Shown piece by piece: positions 49,119-62,619 of a stretch of DNA of 64,000 bases. The stretch comes from Podarcis liolepis (Eukaryota). The translations under genes and the position numbers were made by a program. How positions within the stretch are numbered: the stretch's first letter is position 1; every line of letters starts with the position of its first letter. Under the pieces are notes generated by a model, which was not told the origin of the DNA, ran no database searches, and worked only from the letters and a program-made list of their open reading frames with translations. The stretch is taken from NCBI GenBank assembly GCA_965112155.1, contig OZ218107.1. One strand, written 5' to 3'.

Positions 49119-49842
49119 ACATTATAGAAAGGGATCTTTGGCCAGACGGGATTTTTCTTCATAATCTGTGCCTCTGAATAGTGAGATGGCGGATTGAGGA
49201 AGAGCTTTTGCAGTTTTAGCTTCCACATTTAAACAGGCAAACAGGCACGAACCAGTGATACAGGGTTGGAATCACTAAGCAGTGTTGATTAGTCTCTTCA
49301 GAATGTTCATTGTGAGAGGGTAATTAGTGTTATACTTCATTATGCCTTCTTCTCCCTCCCCCTTTTACAAGGCTGCCTTGGCTAGAGATGGTATATTAGG
49401 CTGTTAGGGGCAAGGAGACTTCCTTTTTGGGGGAGACCCAGTGAGTTACCGCTTCTAGGTGATATCAAGGTGGCAATTATTTGCACCTGTGTTTCTACTG
49501 CAGTCTGTTGGATCTGCTTTGAATAAATATGGGTAGGATCAGGCAGAAGGTCATTGTTTAATAATAATTCTTTTCATATATTTTTTCCCTCTAGAGCTTT
49601 TTTAAAGTTCAGAGTACTTCTCATATATTATCTCAGTAATCTTTACAACAAATAATACCGAATGTTAGCCATGTTCAGAGGAGAGCCACTGAAAACAATG
49701 GACTTAGGTCCATTTGTTTCAGTAGGTCCACTCTGGGTATGAGTTAGTTGGGTATTCCCCCCCAGTCACATTGTATTTTTATTATTAAATGATTTTATTA
49801 ATTTTCAAGAAGCCAGTAGCATTGTAAAGTAGGTCAGTTATA

Positions 49843-50080
49843 CAGTGGTACCTCTGGATACGAACGGGATCCGTTCTGGAGCCCCGTTTGCATCCTGAAG
49901 TAAACGCAACCCGGGTCTGTACGTGTGGGTCACGATTTGTCGCTTCTGCGCATGACGTCATTTTGACCGTCTGCGCGAGCAGCGAAACCCGGAAGTAACA
50001 CGTTCCATTACTTCCGGGTCACCACGGAGCGCAACCCAAAAGCGCTCAACCTGAAGCAACTTCAACCCGAGGTGTGACTG
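49843..50080. mobile_element. Tc1/mariner (Tigger-like) MITE with CpG-rich interior
   Basis: TA|CAGTGGTACCTC...GAGGTGTGACTG|TA; internal TGACGTCA and an inverted CCCGGAAGTAA / TTACTTCCGGG pair. Confidence 0.8.
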
Positions 50081-50149
50081 TATCCACATATGGCAGATTT
50101 GTGCAGGGGACACGAGAGTCTGGTTTGCCAGAGTTCATGCCAGAGTTGC

Positions 50150-50292
50150 GATTTTATTATTTATTTATTTATACCCCGCCCATCTGGCTGGGCTTCCCCA
50201 GCCACTCTGGGCGGCTTCCAACAAAATATTAAAATACAGTAATGCATCAAACATTAAAAGTTTCCCTAAACAGGGCTGCCTTCAGGTGTCTT
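50150..50292 (-). mobile_element. L2-type LINE 3' end
   Basis: (TTTA)n tail then CCCATCTGGCTGGGCTTCCCCAGCCACTCTGGGCGGCTTCCAACA, the inverse of the 52310-52370 copy. Confidence 0.75.
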
Positions 50293-50444
50293 CCTGGTTC
50301 ATAGCTCCACCTCCTGGTTTACAGCACTTCATTGGCTAAATCTGCTTCTGCCAGAGATGTGGGGCATGAGCCCTTAACACAGAATATGAACCCAAGGAAG
50401 GTTCTGGAATTTTGACTGAGACTCTCCCCACAACAAATCAGTCA

Positions 50445-50595
50445 GTGTGGTATTAGGGTACCTTGGGCAAGCCTCTCTCTCTCTCTGTCAGCCTAGCCTG
50501 CCTCATTGGGTGGTTGTGAGGATAAAGGGAGGAAGAACCATGTATGCTGCCCTGAGCTTCTTGAAGAAAGGGCAGGATACAAATGTAATAAATCA
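50445..50595 (+). mobile_element. Internally deleted tRNA-derived SINE (Squam3-like)
   Basis: CCTTGGGCAAG...CAGCCTAGCCTGCCTCA...GGTTGTGAGGATAAA...ATGTATGCTGCCCTGAGCT...AAATGTAATAAAT. Confidence 0.6.
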
Positions 50596-50999
50596 GGTTA
50601 GATTGTGGTTTTATTTATCTAAATGCTCTGGGTGACACAAAAGTGGCAATGGCAGCATTCACATTTCATGGTAAATAATAGTTAATGGTTTAGCATGAAT
50701 GCAGAGAAGGCGCCTGCTTTACTGCTTCTTGAGCAGGGCCAACAAACCCTGGCCCCTGGCTTAATACTGCATCGGAACTGGGGATTCAATCAAATTAGTC
50801 CAGAAGCCAAAATTTATTCAGATGTATTACTAAACCAAGGCCAATGGTTCATGACTCCCACTCGAGCTAGAGAAGGAGTGAAGTGGGAGCCATGTCTGCA
50901 GTCATGCTAAACCAGTAACTATGGGTGTATGACCTGGGCTACTGAAAGTGTTTGGAAAAAAATCCAATCTGAATGGATGGCCGAACGCTTTTTTGTTGA

Positions 51000-51524
<525 letters not shown>

Positions 51525-51625
51525 TGACGGTTTTTAAGATGATGAGAATGTTTGAAATGTATGCTGTGGCAAATAAACTATTTTTAAATGGAAGAAGAAG
51601 AAGAATTTTCCTTGCCAAAAGATGA

Positions 51626-51868
<243 letters not shown>

Positions 51869-52072
51869 TGAAATCTCTCTCCTGCCTTGCAAGGGACTAG
51901 CTGTTGTAGCGCCCAAGGAGCTCAGTGTTGAATCAACCAGTCAGGGGTGGCTCTCCATAGAATCACTTTGTCCTGGAACCGAGACTGGCACCAGTACTGT
52001 TGGTGTTTCAGCACCTTCTGAAGTACCTCTTCCCAGGCTGATGTTTAGTTCTTTATATATAGTTTAGTTCTG

Positions 52073-52375
52073 TATACCTGCAGGAGCATCTTCACCCCCA
52101 TTGTTCATCCCAGACATTGAGGTCCAGCTCTGAGGGCCTTCTGGTGGTTCCCTCACTGCAAGAAGTGAAGTTACAAGGAACCTAGCAGAGGGGCTTCTTG
52201 GTAGTGGCACCCACCCTGTGGAATTCCCTCTTGTCAGAGGTCAAGGAAATAAACAGGCACCATGTATAGGGAAGTTTTTAATGCTTGGTGTTTTACTGTG
52301 GTTTTATAATTTGTTGGAAGTCGCCCAGAGTGGCTGGGGCAACCCAGTCAGATGGGCAGCAAATAAATAAAGTAT
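52073..52375 (+). mobile_element. L2-type LINE 3' fragment
   Basis: GAGGGCCTTCTGGTGGTTCCCTCACTG...CTGTGGAATTCCCTC...GTTGGAAGTCGCCCAGAGTGGCTGGGGCAACCCAGTCAGATGGGC plus an (AAAT)n tail. Confidence 0.75.
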
Positions 52376-52781
52376 TAGTAGTAGTAGTGGAGGTATTATT
52401 GTTAATTTGCCCTCAATTGCTGCTGCATTTTATTTTTCAAAGATTTAACACTGTTTTACTTTAATGGATTGCTGTCTTTTTTCTGTTGTGCTTTGAGATG
52501 CTCTTTAAAAGACAATACATAAACAAATCACAATGTTGAGCTATTGGGGATAGGATACAGGACCTACGTGAGTTGAAAGCAAAACAGGGATGGCTTGCAG
52601 CAAGAATATGGGGAAGACTTTCTGTGGTTGGAAAGAGTCATTCCACTATTGAAGGACTAGACCTTGGAGGAAGCTTAAGCGATGGGAGATGTTGTCTTTC
52701 CCTTTATCGTGCTTATCCTACTTGGCCTTGCAACCATGCTGTGACGTAGGTCACTGCTGTTCTCGTGTATCAGATAATTAA

Positions 52782-53150
<369 letters not shown>

Positions 53151-53529
53151 TAGGGTTGTTGTTTTTTTACAAGGAAGCGGTGTATAAATTTTTACGAAAT
53201 AAAAAAAAAGCCTCTAGAGCCAACTGATTTGGGCCAGTGGGCAGATTTCGAATTTTGAGAAAACGTTGGAGGCAACAGTCACAAAATAGCGGCTATGTGC
53301 TATGAGTCTGCTTTTTAAAAAATCTAGTAATGCTTGTACAGTGTTGATGGGATGTTCAAATCACACACATGTGAGTGCAGATCTTGGTTTTTGAAAGAAA
53401 AGCAAGTTATAAATATTTTAGAAATAAATGAGTGAGAAAATTAAGAGGCAAGTATGTTATATTTAGGCACTTAACACCATAGAGTGCTCCAGCTCTTCTC
53501 TCTGTTGAGTTTAGAAGCTGCTATTATGA

Positions 53530-53778
<249 letters not shown>

Positions 53779-54268
53779 TGAGCTCCTTCCCTGCAAAATA
53801 GAATGCTAAGAAAGCCTTGCTTATGTTAGACTATAAGTGTGAAACCGACATACTCTGTTTCTTTTTTGCCACTGAGATGGCGATCTCTCTTGTTGTTCCT
53901 GCCCAAGAAAATTGGGAGTTTGGCTGGAATTCAGTTTCTGCCTTGCTATCCTCCTGCGTTTGCTCTGAATAGAATGCCTGCCTCTGAATCTTGCCGTTTC
54001 CATGCTTCTCTTTTGGGGGCATCGGAGGGCTATACAAAAGCTGGTGTTCATCCTTTCCTGCCTCTGCACTCTTCTGGAAACAAGAACCACTTGGTTTTCT
54101 GAATAGCTATTGCATTGTGTTCTGTCTGATCTCCACTCTGGAAAGCAAACTTTGTTTTTGCTTTGCCCCACTGTAGTTGGCATTGGCTGCTTCTTGGGCA
54201 AATATGTGCGAGGGGATAGACCATAACTTGCATGCTTCTCCTGCTACTTCTGGTTGTGGTGTTTATGA

Positions 54269-54487
<219 letters not shown>

Positions 54488-55076
54488 TGAGAAATGCCAT
54501 TATATACAGTGCAGATGCAAGCATACTTACGAAATATTGTGTAAAGTGTTTCCCTGAAGCTACAGAAAATGGCAATCAGATTTATCAAGGGTTGTGAATG
54601 GCTTCCCTAAGTGGAAAGGTCCAAGTGTCTGGGATATTTTAGTCATGATAGGGAAGTAAGTTTCTTTTCGTACGTAGAATTTCAATGATCACCCTTGACA
54701 GTGTGCTTTGCTGAAAAGAGATCAAGAAGACTGCACTCTGCAGCAGAGTCAAATCTCTCATTTATAACCTTGGCATTGGTACTGCTAACTTAAATGTGTA
54801 GGGCTGCCCCCCCCCCCGGTTTAAATTCCTTCCTTACCTCATTACAAATATCATTTCTGGACACTCTTACTGTCCCTCAACTTGAACTGCTAAGCTTCCC
54901 CAGTAGAATTAGCTATTTATTTATTAAAATATTTATTTAATAAAAAAAATTACAGCTCTGTGTGTGTGCGCGTGTGTGTGCGCGTGCGTGCATACACTTA
55001 AAAAATTTAAATCGGAGAGCAGCATGCAGAATTTGGATTTCTGAGAACAAGAACGTTGAGTGCCTTCAATAAATAA

Positions 55077-55508
<432 letters not shown>

Positions 55509-56049
55509 TGACCCACACTATGTCTTAATTGCATAGCAAACCTGGACATGTTAAAGGCTGGGAACCAGAATGGGCAGGTTCAGTAGCTGATGAGGAGCTG
55601 AAGCTGAAATCAAAACAACAGGAGCCCCCTATTTTGAGGGAGGGAGGATGTTTTCAAGCAGAAATGGTCGTTAAACTGATTCTGCTCTCAATACCAGCTC
55701 CATATACATGCAGCTCATTCAGTGAGGACTAGAGCAGCCTTTTGGCTTTGTTCCTCTACCTTTGAATTACCTTACTCTGAGCCACTGACGTTCTTTACAA
55801 GATGAAATCATTGTGAGGACTCAGAATAAAATGTACAAAGGTAGCAAACTTGGGGGCTTGTGGGAGACTAGACAGAAAACTGTCCTTCTCTGTCGTCTCT
55901 ACCTTTTTATACAAAGTATTCTGAGCCTCTTAAACTGGGAACTAATCATGAACCCTCCTGCTTGGAAACCTTATGCAGCTGTGTCTACTGCTTAACGTCT
56001 CCTGTGTCCTGTGTAGCTTCTGATTGTAGATCTATTTCCTCGGTGGCAG

Positions 56050-56115
56050 AGCCTATGTCACCAGTGCCAACTAAGGAGGTGCCAAAGAAGAAGCGAAAGC
56101 CATATGGAAGGAAAA
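56050..56115 (+). CDS. L3MBTL2: L3MBTL2 exon 15 (basic, NLS-like)
   Basis: ggcag|AG CCT ATG...AAA A|gtgagt; EPMSPVPTKEVPKKKRKPYGRK. Confidence 0.88.
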
Positions 56116-56916
56116 GTGAGTGGCAATTGGAACAACCTTGTCTCTGTGATTCATCTTAGTAACAAAGAAAATATTGCAAGGTTTGATACTAAGGCATAAG
56201 CCTGCTGCAGATAGTATGCTGCCCAGAACTACCAGTGCACATGCAAGGAACATTAAGGTACAGAAGATGAGGGTGGAACATTTGCCTGGACTATCTTCTG
56301 TGAGGATGGCATCGCAAAATGGAGTAGCTTGAAATGTGGATGGTGGGACTGTCTGACAGGGCATGAAATGGACTTCCTCATCATTAGCTTGTGCCTTGGT
56401 CCCATGCATTCTTGTGAATCACTGTAAGCTGTCACTATTGGAATTGGGATTCTTGATTGGATGGACCACATATATGACTTGGCTCTATGACAGGGATGAT
56501 GAACCTGTGATTCTTCCAATTTTGTTGCACTACAATTCCCACCATCCCTTTTATCATCCCATTGTCCTTCTGTCACCCAACCTGAGCCTTAAAGGAGCAT
56601 GCCTTTCTTATGCTGCCGGTGAGGTTGGCTTGCTGTGAGGTAACGCCGAATAGGGCCCTTCTCTGTAATACCAAAGATCATTCTACGAGGAGGTGCTAGG
56701 TGACCGAATCTGGGACCTTGTTTGTGCAGAACATGAGCTATGGCTCTTCAAGAATTGTGGCTACAACAATTGTGTTTGAAACCCTGAACATCTCTTACTA
56801 AAAGGGCCTCTGTTAACATGGTGGGAAATGAGCTCTGGCTGAATATCAGGTGACTGTAGTGGGCTAATTGAACCATTGGCCTGATGGCCAACGCCAGCTA
56901 AATATACTAAACATAT

Positions 56917-57003
56917 GAGAGCCAGTGTGGTGTAATGGTTAGAGTGCTGAACTAAGATCTAGGAGACCGGGGTTCAAATCCTCACTCAGCTGTAAAGCTC
57001 ACC
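56917..57003 (+). mobile_element. 5' head of a tRNA-derived SINE (Squam3-like)
   Basis: A box TGGTGTAATGG and B box GGTTCAAATCC; no complete cloverleaf. Confidence 0.7.
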
Positions 57004-57349
57004 TTGTAGTTTAAACTAAACAAAAATGACGATCAGTAGCACTTGTGTCAGTGTTGTAACGGTGTGTTTAGAGAATTTTTTGATTGTTCAGCATCCTGCT
57101 CGGTTCACTGAGTGCCCTAACCTATCTTGCGAGATTCCTATGAGTCTTAATTCTAGCTCTCTTTGAAGTAGTCAGCCAGTGTCTTGAGTAATTTCAGCTC
57201 CACTGAGAGCTCACTTGACTGAATGCTGCTGCCATACCAAAATAACAACAACACACAAAACAACCCTTCACAACAAGATGTTAATATAAAAAGCAAAACA
57301 GTCCACAAAGGTGGGTTTTCTTCTAACTTCCTCTCTTCTGTATACAAAG

Positions 57350-57517
57350 GGAAGAAGATGACTGCTAAAGCCCGTTCCATCAAGCAAGCAGCAAAGAAGA
57401 CGGCTGCCCCCGAAGTAAAGAAGAAAGCACAGGCTGCCAAGAAAAGGGCTGCCCCTAAAGCAAAGGAGGGCACACAAACTGCAAGCAAGACCTCACTGAA
57501 ACCAGCTTCTGATGAAA
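57350..57517 (+). CDS. L3MBTL2: L3MBTL2 exon 16, K/A-rich
   Basis: CTAAC branch motif and pyrimidine tract, caaag|GG AAG AAG ATG...GAA A|gtaagt; phase 1 at both ends fits the neighbouring exons. Confidence 0.85.
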
Positions 57518-57813
57518 GTAAGTTAAAAGGGGTGTCACTTATTCCTACTTTTTTGCTGTCCCCCCTTATGTGGGATTGGAGATGGGAAGGTGGTGGTTGT
57601 GTAAATTAGCTATTTTCCTGCTCACCATTTCCAGTGCAGAATCTGCTTGCTGTTGTAGGAAACTCCAGTCACAGGTCTCCCAGCCTTGGTACATACATAT
57701 GGATGCAATTTACCACAAGCTTTTGCTATTGCTTATTTCTTACATGTGTATGTGCATGCTCTGAGGATTGTGTCCTGCGATGTAAATGGAGCCCCTCTCT
57801 CTGTTTCTTGCAG

Positions 57814-58094
57814 TTGTTGCTGTGGAGGTGAAAGAAGAAATTCTTGACGATTCAGCAATGGAACTTGAAGCCCCACTGCTACCAGTCCCAATCAGCTGCT
57901 TAAAGGATGAAGATATGGACACAGAATCCCCACTGAGTCCTATGCCGGGCGGCCGCTTAAAGGATAAGGAGATTGAACCAGAAGCTCCAGCAAGCTCTGT
58001 GTTGCTCAGCTGCTTAAAGGATGAAGTCATGGAACCAGAAGCTCCAGCAAGCCCAGTATTGATCAGTTGCTTGAAGGATGAAGATGTAGACTAA
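57814..58094 (+). CDS. L3MBTL2: L3MBTL2 terminal exon 17 coding part
   Basis: tgcag|TT GTT GCT GTG GAG GTG AAA GAA GAA; IVAVEVKEE resembles human IIAVRVKEE; stop TAA at 58092-58094. Confidence 0.9.
57858..58085 (+). repeat. Coding tandem repeat, 4 x 57 nt (19 aa)
   Basis: MELEAPLLPVPISCLKDED / MDTESPLSPMPGGRLKDKE / IEPEAPASSVLLSCLKDEV / MEPEAPASPVLISCLKDED. Confidence 0.92.
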
Positions 58095-58479
58095 AGCTTC
58101 ATGAGACAAAGTGACTTGATGTTCTTTTGCCACAGTCCTTGAAGAAATCAGGAAAATGCTGGCCTCATTTGCGGGGGCATGGACCACAGTTAATAAAGCT
58201 GTAGTTTTTTCATAGTTGATGGATCACCTCAAAATAAAAAAGGAAAAGCTCTCAAAACAAATTCCACTTAATTATGTAAAAAGGCAAGCCCACTATTCCT
58301 TTCTGACTGGCATGGCAGGAGCCAAGGATAAACTTCTCCATCTCTGTAGGGAGGTGCTTCCAAGTCATTCTAAACTTGCATCAATTGAGCCAGAATCTAG
58401 ATAAGTGCCAATCCAGTAGAGAACCACATCCATTACATGGTACAGTGGTACCTCAGGTTACAGACACTTCAGGTTACAG

Positions 58480-58689
58480 TAGTAGATAGGTAGCCGTGTT
58501 GGTCTGCCATAGTCAAAATAAAAAATTCCTTCCAGTAGCACCTTAAAGACCAACTAAGTTAGTTCTTGGTATGAGCTTTCGTGTGCATGCACACTTCTTC
58601 AGATAGTGTGCATGCACACGAAAGCTCATACCAAGAACTAACTTAGTTGGTCTTTAAGGTGCTACTGGAAGGAATTTTTTATTTTGACT
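58480..58689. mobile_element. Fold-back Penelope terminus: perfect 85-bp inverted repeat, 9-nt spacer, 14-bp TSD
   Basis: Arms 58511-58595 and 58605-58689 are exact reverse complements; TSD ACTTCAGGTTACAG at 58466-58479 and 58687-58700. Confidence 0.93.
58569..58605 (-). ncRNA. Second minimal hammerhead motif (minus strand, stem I shortened to 3 bp)
   Basis: Minus strand reads UAU-CUGAAGA-A-GUGUGCAUGCACAC-GAAAGCUC^AUAC. Confidence 0.6.
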
Positions 58690-60358
58690 TCAGGTTACAG
58701 ACTCCGCTAACCCAGAAATAGTACCTTGGGTTAAGAACTTTGCTTCAGGATGAGAACAGAAATTGAGTGGTGCGGCAGCAGCGGGAGGCCCCATTAGCTA
58801 AAGTGGTGCTTCAGGTTAAGAACAGTTTTAGGTTAAGAACAGACCTCCAGAACGAATTAAGTTCTTAACCTGAGGTACTACTGTATTGGGAACTGCTCTC
58901 CCAAATTATCTCTGTCTTCCTCTGTGCTGCATTGTTTCTTCCTGCCATTTTGCCATTTTGGCCACAGAGTCTAAGAAGGCACAGGACACATGAAATTACA
59001 TGTGAGCCCAATGCACTTTGGAGCATCACATTTTCCTCTGTGAGGAGTAGGAGTATGCACTTGCCCCCCCCCCTTTGTACTATGAACAGAATGAATCAAT
59101 TCTTTGACAATAATGAGAGGAGAAAAATGTATTGCAACCCTTTCTGTAAATAAAACTTCATGTGTTTATTTTGCCCTTTTGTTGAATAAACTCAGTCAGA
59201 ATACCTTGTGTTTGGAGTCTTTTCTGGTCTTCTCTGGTCAAGAAAATAGGGGTACCAAGGGCATACAGAAGCAACTTGTGCATGGTTTGCTGGTTCTAAA
59301 GTACATCTGTCTGCAAGGGGGATTGTTTTGCCTTTTGTCTTCTCAGACAGGTCATAACCACAACACCAAAAGTATAATCCTTTTTCACTTTTATAATACT
59401 ATATATTAGAGAAAGTGTTTCCAAACCAGAACACGCAAATCTTTTTAGACATATGCACTATAGACATGTGCTAGGAACATAATGCATGGAATGACATTTA
59501 GTTTTCCTTTTCTGACTCAACTCCTCTTTCTCTGCTGCCATTGCCCCCAAATTGTGTTTCTTCCATCCTTCCCCTTTCCTATTTGCATTTATTCCCAAAC
59601 TACCTAAAGTGTGACAGCTGGAATCTAAAGGGATTGGAATGTGCTATTATGGCATGTTGCATTTCTAAAGCAGGGTGGGTAGACTTACGGCTTGTCGGTT
59701 GTGCTGAGCCTTTTTCTTTCTGTTAGCTAGAACTCAAAAGACCTAACAACCATAGCCAGGTGCAAATGACAGATAGGAAGAATTAAAGAATAAGGTCCCT
59801 TTGAGCACATTTTGAGACTAGGAATGTGACCAGAACTGGGCTGAGCTCTTTACAGAAGCTTAATTTAGGTAGAAAAATTCATTTTGTTGTTGCCATTGTT
59901 AAACAATTGGGAGTCAGAATTCCATGTCAGTCTTCTGCAAATCAGCCAGAGATCTGTCTGTGGATTCTGATCTAACTTTTGCATTGCCCTAATGTAAACC
60001 ATCTTTATCAAGCATCCTTGTCACTCTTCTGACTGGACATTTTGATGGGCCCCAAAGTCAGCGTGTTTCTCCCACCTTGGCCAGAAATGAAAGAAGGCTG
60101 TTGGGTGGGGACTTGAAATAGTCCAGAAGTGTGGACCATCCCTGTCGGCCTCCTCATTCCCAAGCTTCTGGTGAGGTGGTTTTTCATTTCTTTCCACAAC
60201 AATAAATGTGTAGACTGTACGGGAAGAGTCCTGATCTAAGCGTATGTTTTTGTACAGACTCTACCCATCTTCTACCAACTTTCTCCTTGCAGAAAGTAAG
60301 TCTGTGCTTTTTAACATCAGGAATGAAAGTAAATCTCATTTTTATAAATGTAAAAAAG

Positions 60359-60419
60359 AATAAAAGTAAATCTACACACGCTAGAGCTGTAACTGAAGTG
60401 TTTATATTTTAGCTTTATT
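60359..60419. terminator. Facing poly(A) signals: AATAAA on + (60359-60364) and on - (TTTATT 60414-60419)
   Basis: Hexamers read directly in an AT-rich patch between convergent L3MBTL2 and CHADL; other + signals at 58192, 58233, 59149, 59185 and 60201. Confidence 0.45.
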
Positions 60420-62327
60420 GTTTATGATACTTATATAGCCATATAAAAAGAGCTTGCTTCTAATTGTATTTCACATACAAATAATTATTTGTGCATTTAA
60501 TTACATGTAGGAAACAGCCCTGAAGCTATGGGGGAGTTTTCGTTTCGATTTCAATGTCATTAAGCTGTGGTACCTCCTGTTATTCTTTACTAGAGTGACA
60601 TTTAAGATTTGTCTCTTACATTGCACTGGCAATGCACTTCCGTCTAAGAATATGAATTCCTTCCTTGTTTTGTTGCTGTAGCTGCCAGCATCCCTGACCA
60701 TACAGATGACAGCCATAGTCCAGCACTGGTCCCTGGTGAGGTTAAAAGTGGCCTAAGCCTGTGAGAATCTATTCTGAGAAGTGAAGCAACAACTACCCGA
60801 TTTACATTCACAGGAGCAGCCACATTGCCACTATGAACCAGTCTTAAAATTCTCACCACGAGAGCAGATGGGCCGTGGTATATCTCCAGAAGAGGGTTGC
60901 CATTTGATAAAATATTAATAATGACGCTTTTAATCCTGCTAAGCTGTTACCTTGTGAAATAATGGTTGGAATAAATACTGGCCAGCCCCTGCAATGGCAG
61001 CTTCCTGGGATTTAAATCATGCCCATTACTTAAGCGTGTGTTTCCATCATCCTGGTGTTTTGAAAAGCTCCTAGGAGGAAATCTCACTACTTCCCTGGGC
61101 AACTTGTTCCATTGTCTGATGCTTCTTACAGTGAAAAGGTGCTTCCTGATATGCGGCTTTCAGCTGCTAACTTTAGCATGGACGCTTAGAAAGAAGTCAT
61201 TTTGCAAGCAAAGGAACTTGCTTTTGAAAAAAGCATGGTTGGGATAAGGCTGTAAATCTGCTGTGCTACAACTTGCCCCCACGGCTGCTTTTGTTTCCTG
61301 CTGTGAAACGCTTGATTTCATTTTTGTTTGGAGACATCTTGGTTCTTTGGAACAGTCTTATCCCATGGTTCTTTCAATGCACATTCTTTTGCTATTGCGT
61401 CAAATCCCCCATATTTTGTCTCTTGTAGAATGTTTGTCGCCTCCAGAGATAACTCCAGAACACACCAGAGATAAGAGGCAGTTTAACCTTGGGAAGAGCA
61501 TTGGTTGCTTACAGATGGTGAGCTCCTAGCACTACCCAATTATTGCTCTTCTGTGGTAAGCTATGCTAGAATTCACAACAAATTCCTCAATTCTGAATTG
61601 CAAAATTCTGTAAATGGTGCCAAAAGCTATTGGCATGTAGAACATCAATGCGTAAATTTGGCAAACTGAATACAATGAGTAGCAGAAGACAAAGACTTAG
61701 CCAAATTGTAGCTTAGCCCAAATATTTCAATGTTTAGAAAAAGCATCATAAGAGCATTGACTTTAATAACTAATATACTTCACAAAGTCAACTTTCTAAC
61801 TATCTCCTCTAACAGAAACTGCTGTTTCTACTTCAACAAAATGCTCCTGGTTGAGACTGTGGGTTCTTTTACAATTTAGCAAAGATGCAGAAACAGCACA
61901 CAGTTCAGCTGTGGGCAAAAAATTCAGCAACCTTGAGAAAGCTTTACATTACGTATGTATGTATGGCAAGCTCTTAATACTTTTTAAGCCCTTGTTAAAT
62001 ACAAACAGACTGGAAAGTGTGCAGGACATGTCTGGCTAAATCATGGTGACAAGAGGAGCACTCGGTACCTGCCACTACTTCCAGACTAGCAGAATAAACT
62101 ATAGAATATTTAAGTGTGCACATTTGCCTATACAGTACAAGCATCTTGGAGATTTCAACCATGCTCAGTGCATGATTGTACAGGCAGACAGCTATAGCAT
62201 ACCGCTCCGCTTGCCTGCCTCTTTAACATCCAAGATTGACTTTTAGTATAATTATCAAGTATTCCTTTGAAAATGCACCTTTTGTAGTATGGAGGGATTT
62301 ACAGGCCATAAAAATGTGCCCCCCCCC

Positions 62328-62619
62328 TCAAGCCTTTCTCCCCCTATTAATGGAGAAGCGCATTTTCAGCAACTTGCTTTTCCTGCTTCTGCTTTTCCTG
62401 CTTTTCTTGACTCGTATATTCCCAGCTTGCTGCTGCCTCTTCTTACTGGAGCTCCTTCCAGCCTTGGCTTTGGCTTTAGTGGAACTGGTTCTTTTTGTCT
62501 TCTTGGTATTCCAGCCTGGGCAGCTTTGGAAGATAGTGACGAGCTTCACCTTCTGGCCACGTACCTCTGCTGGGGAGCCACAGGTGGCTCCTACTCTCAG
62601 ATTCAGCTTGTCAAGCCAC
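62328..62619 (-). CDS. CHADL: CHADL C-terminal coding exon (LRRCT end and basic tail)
   Basis: ccttttcag|G TGG CTT GAC; WLDKLNLRVGATCGSPAEVRGQKVK...FQSCPGW resembles human WLTGLNLRVGATCATP...FEDCPGW; the 3' end assumes no further splice. Confidence 0.85.

Larger units (their letters stand above)
58443..58883. mobile_element. Tc1/mariner-type MITE interrupted by a Penelope insertion
   Basis: TA|CAGTGGTACCTCAGGTTA...TAACCTGAGGTACTACTG|TA; collinear with the uninterrupted copy at 31858-32083. Confidence 0.92.

Noticed and set aside
56917-57003. Possible tRNA gene
   Set aside because: It has A and B boxes but no acceptor-stem cloverleaf; it is a tRNA-derived SINE head.
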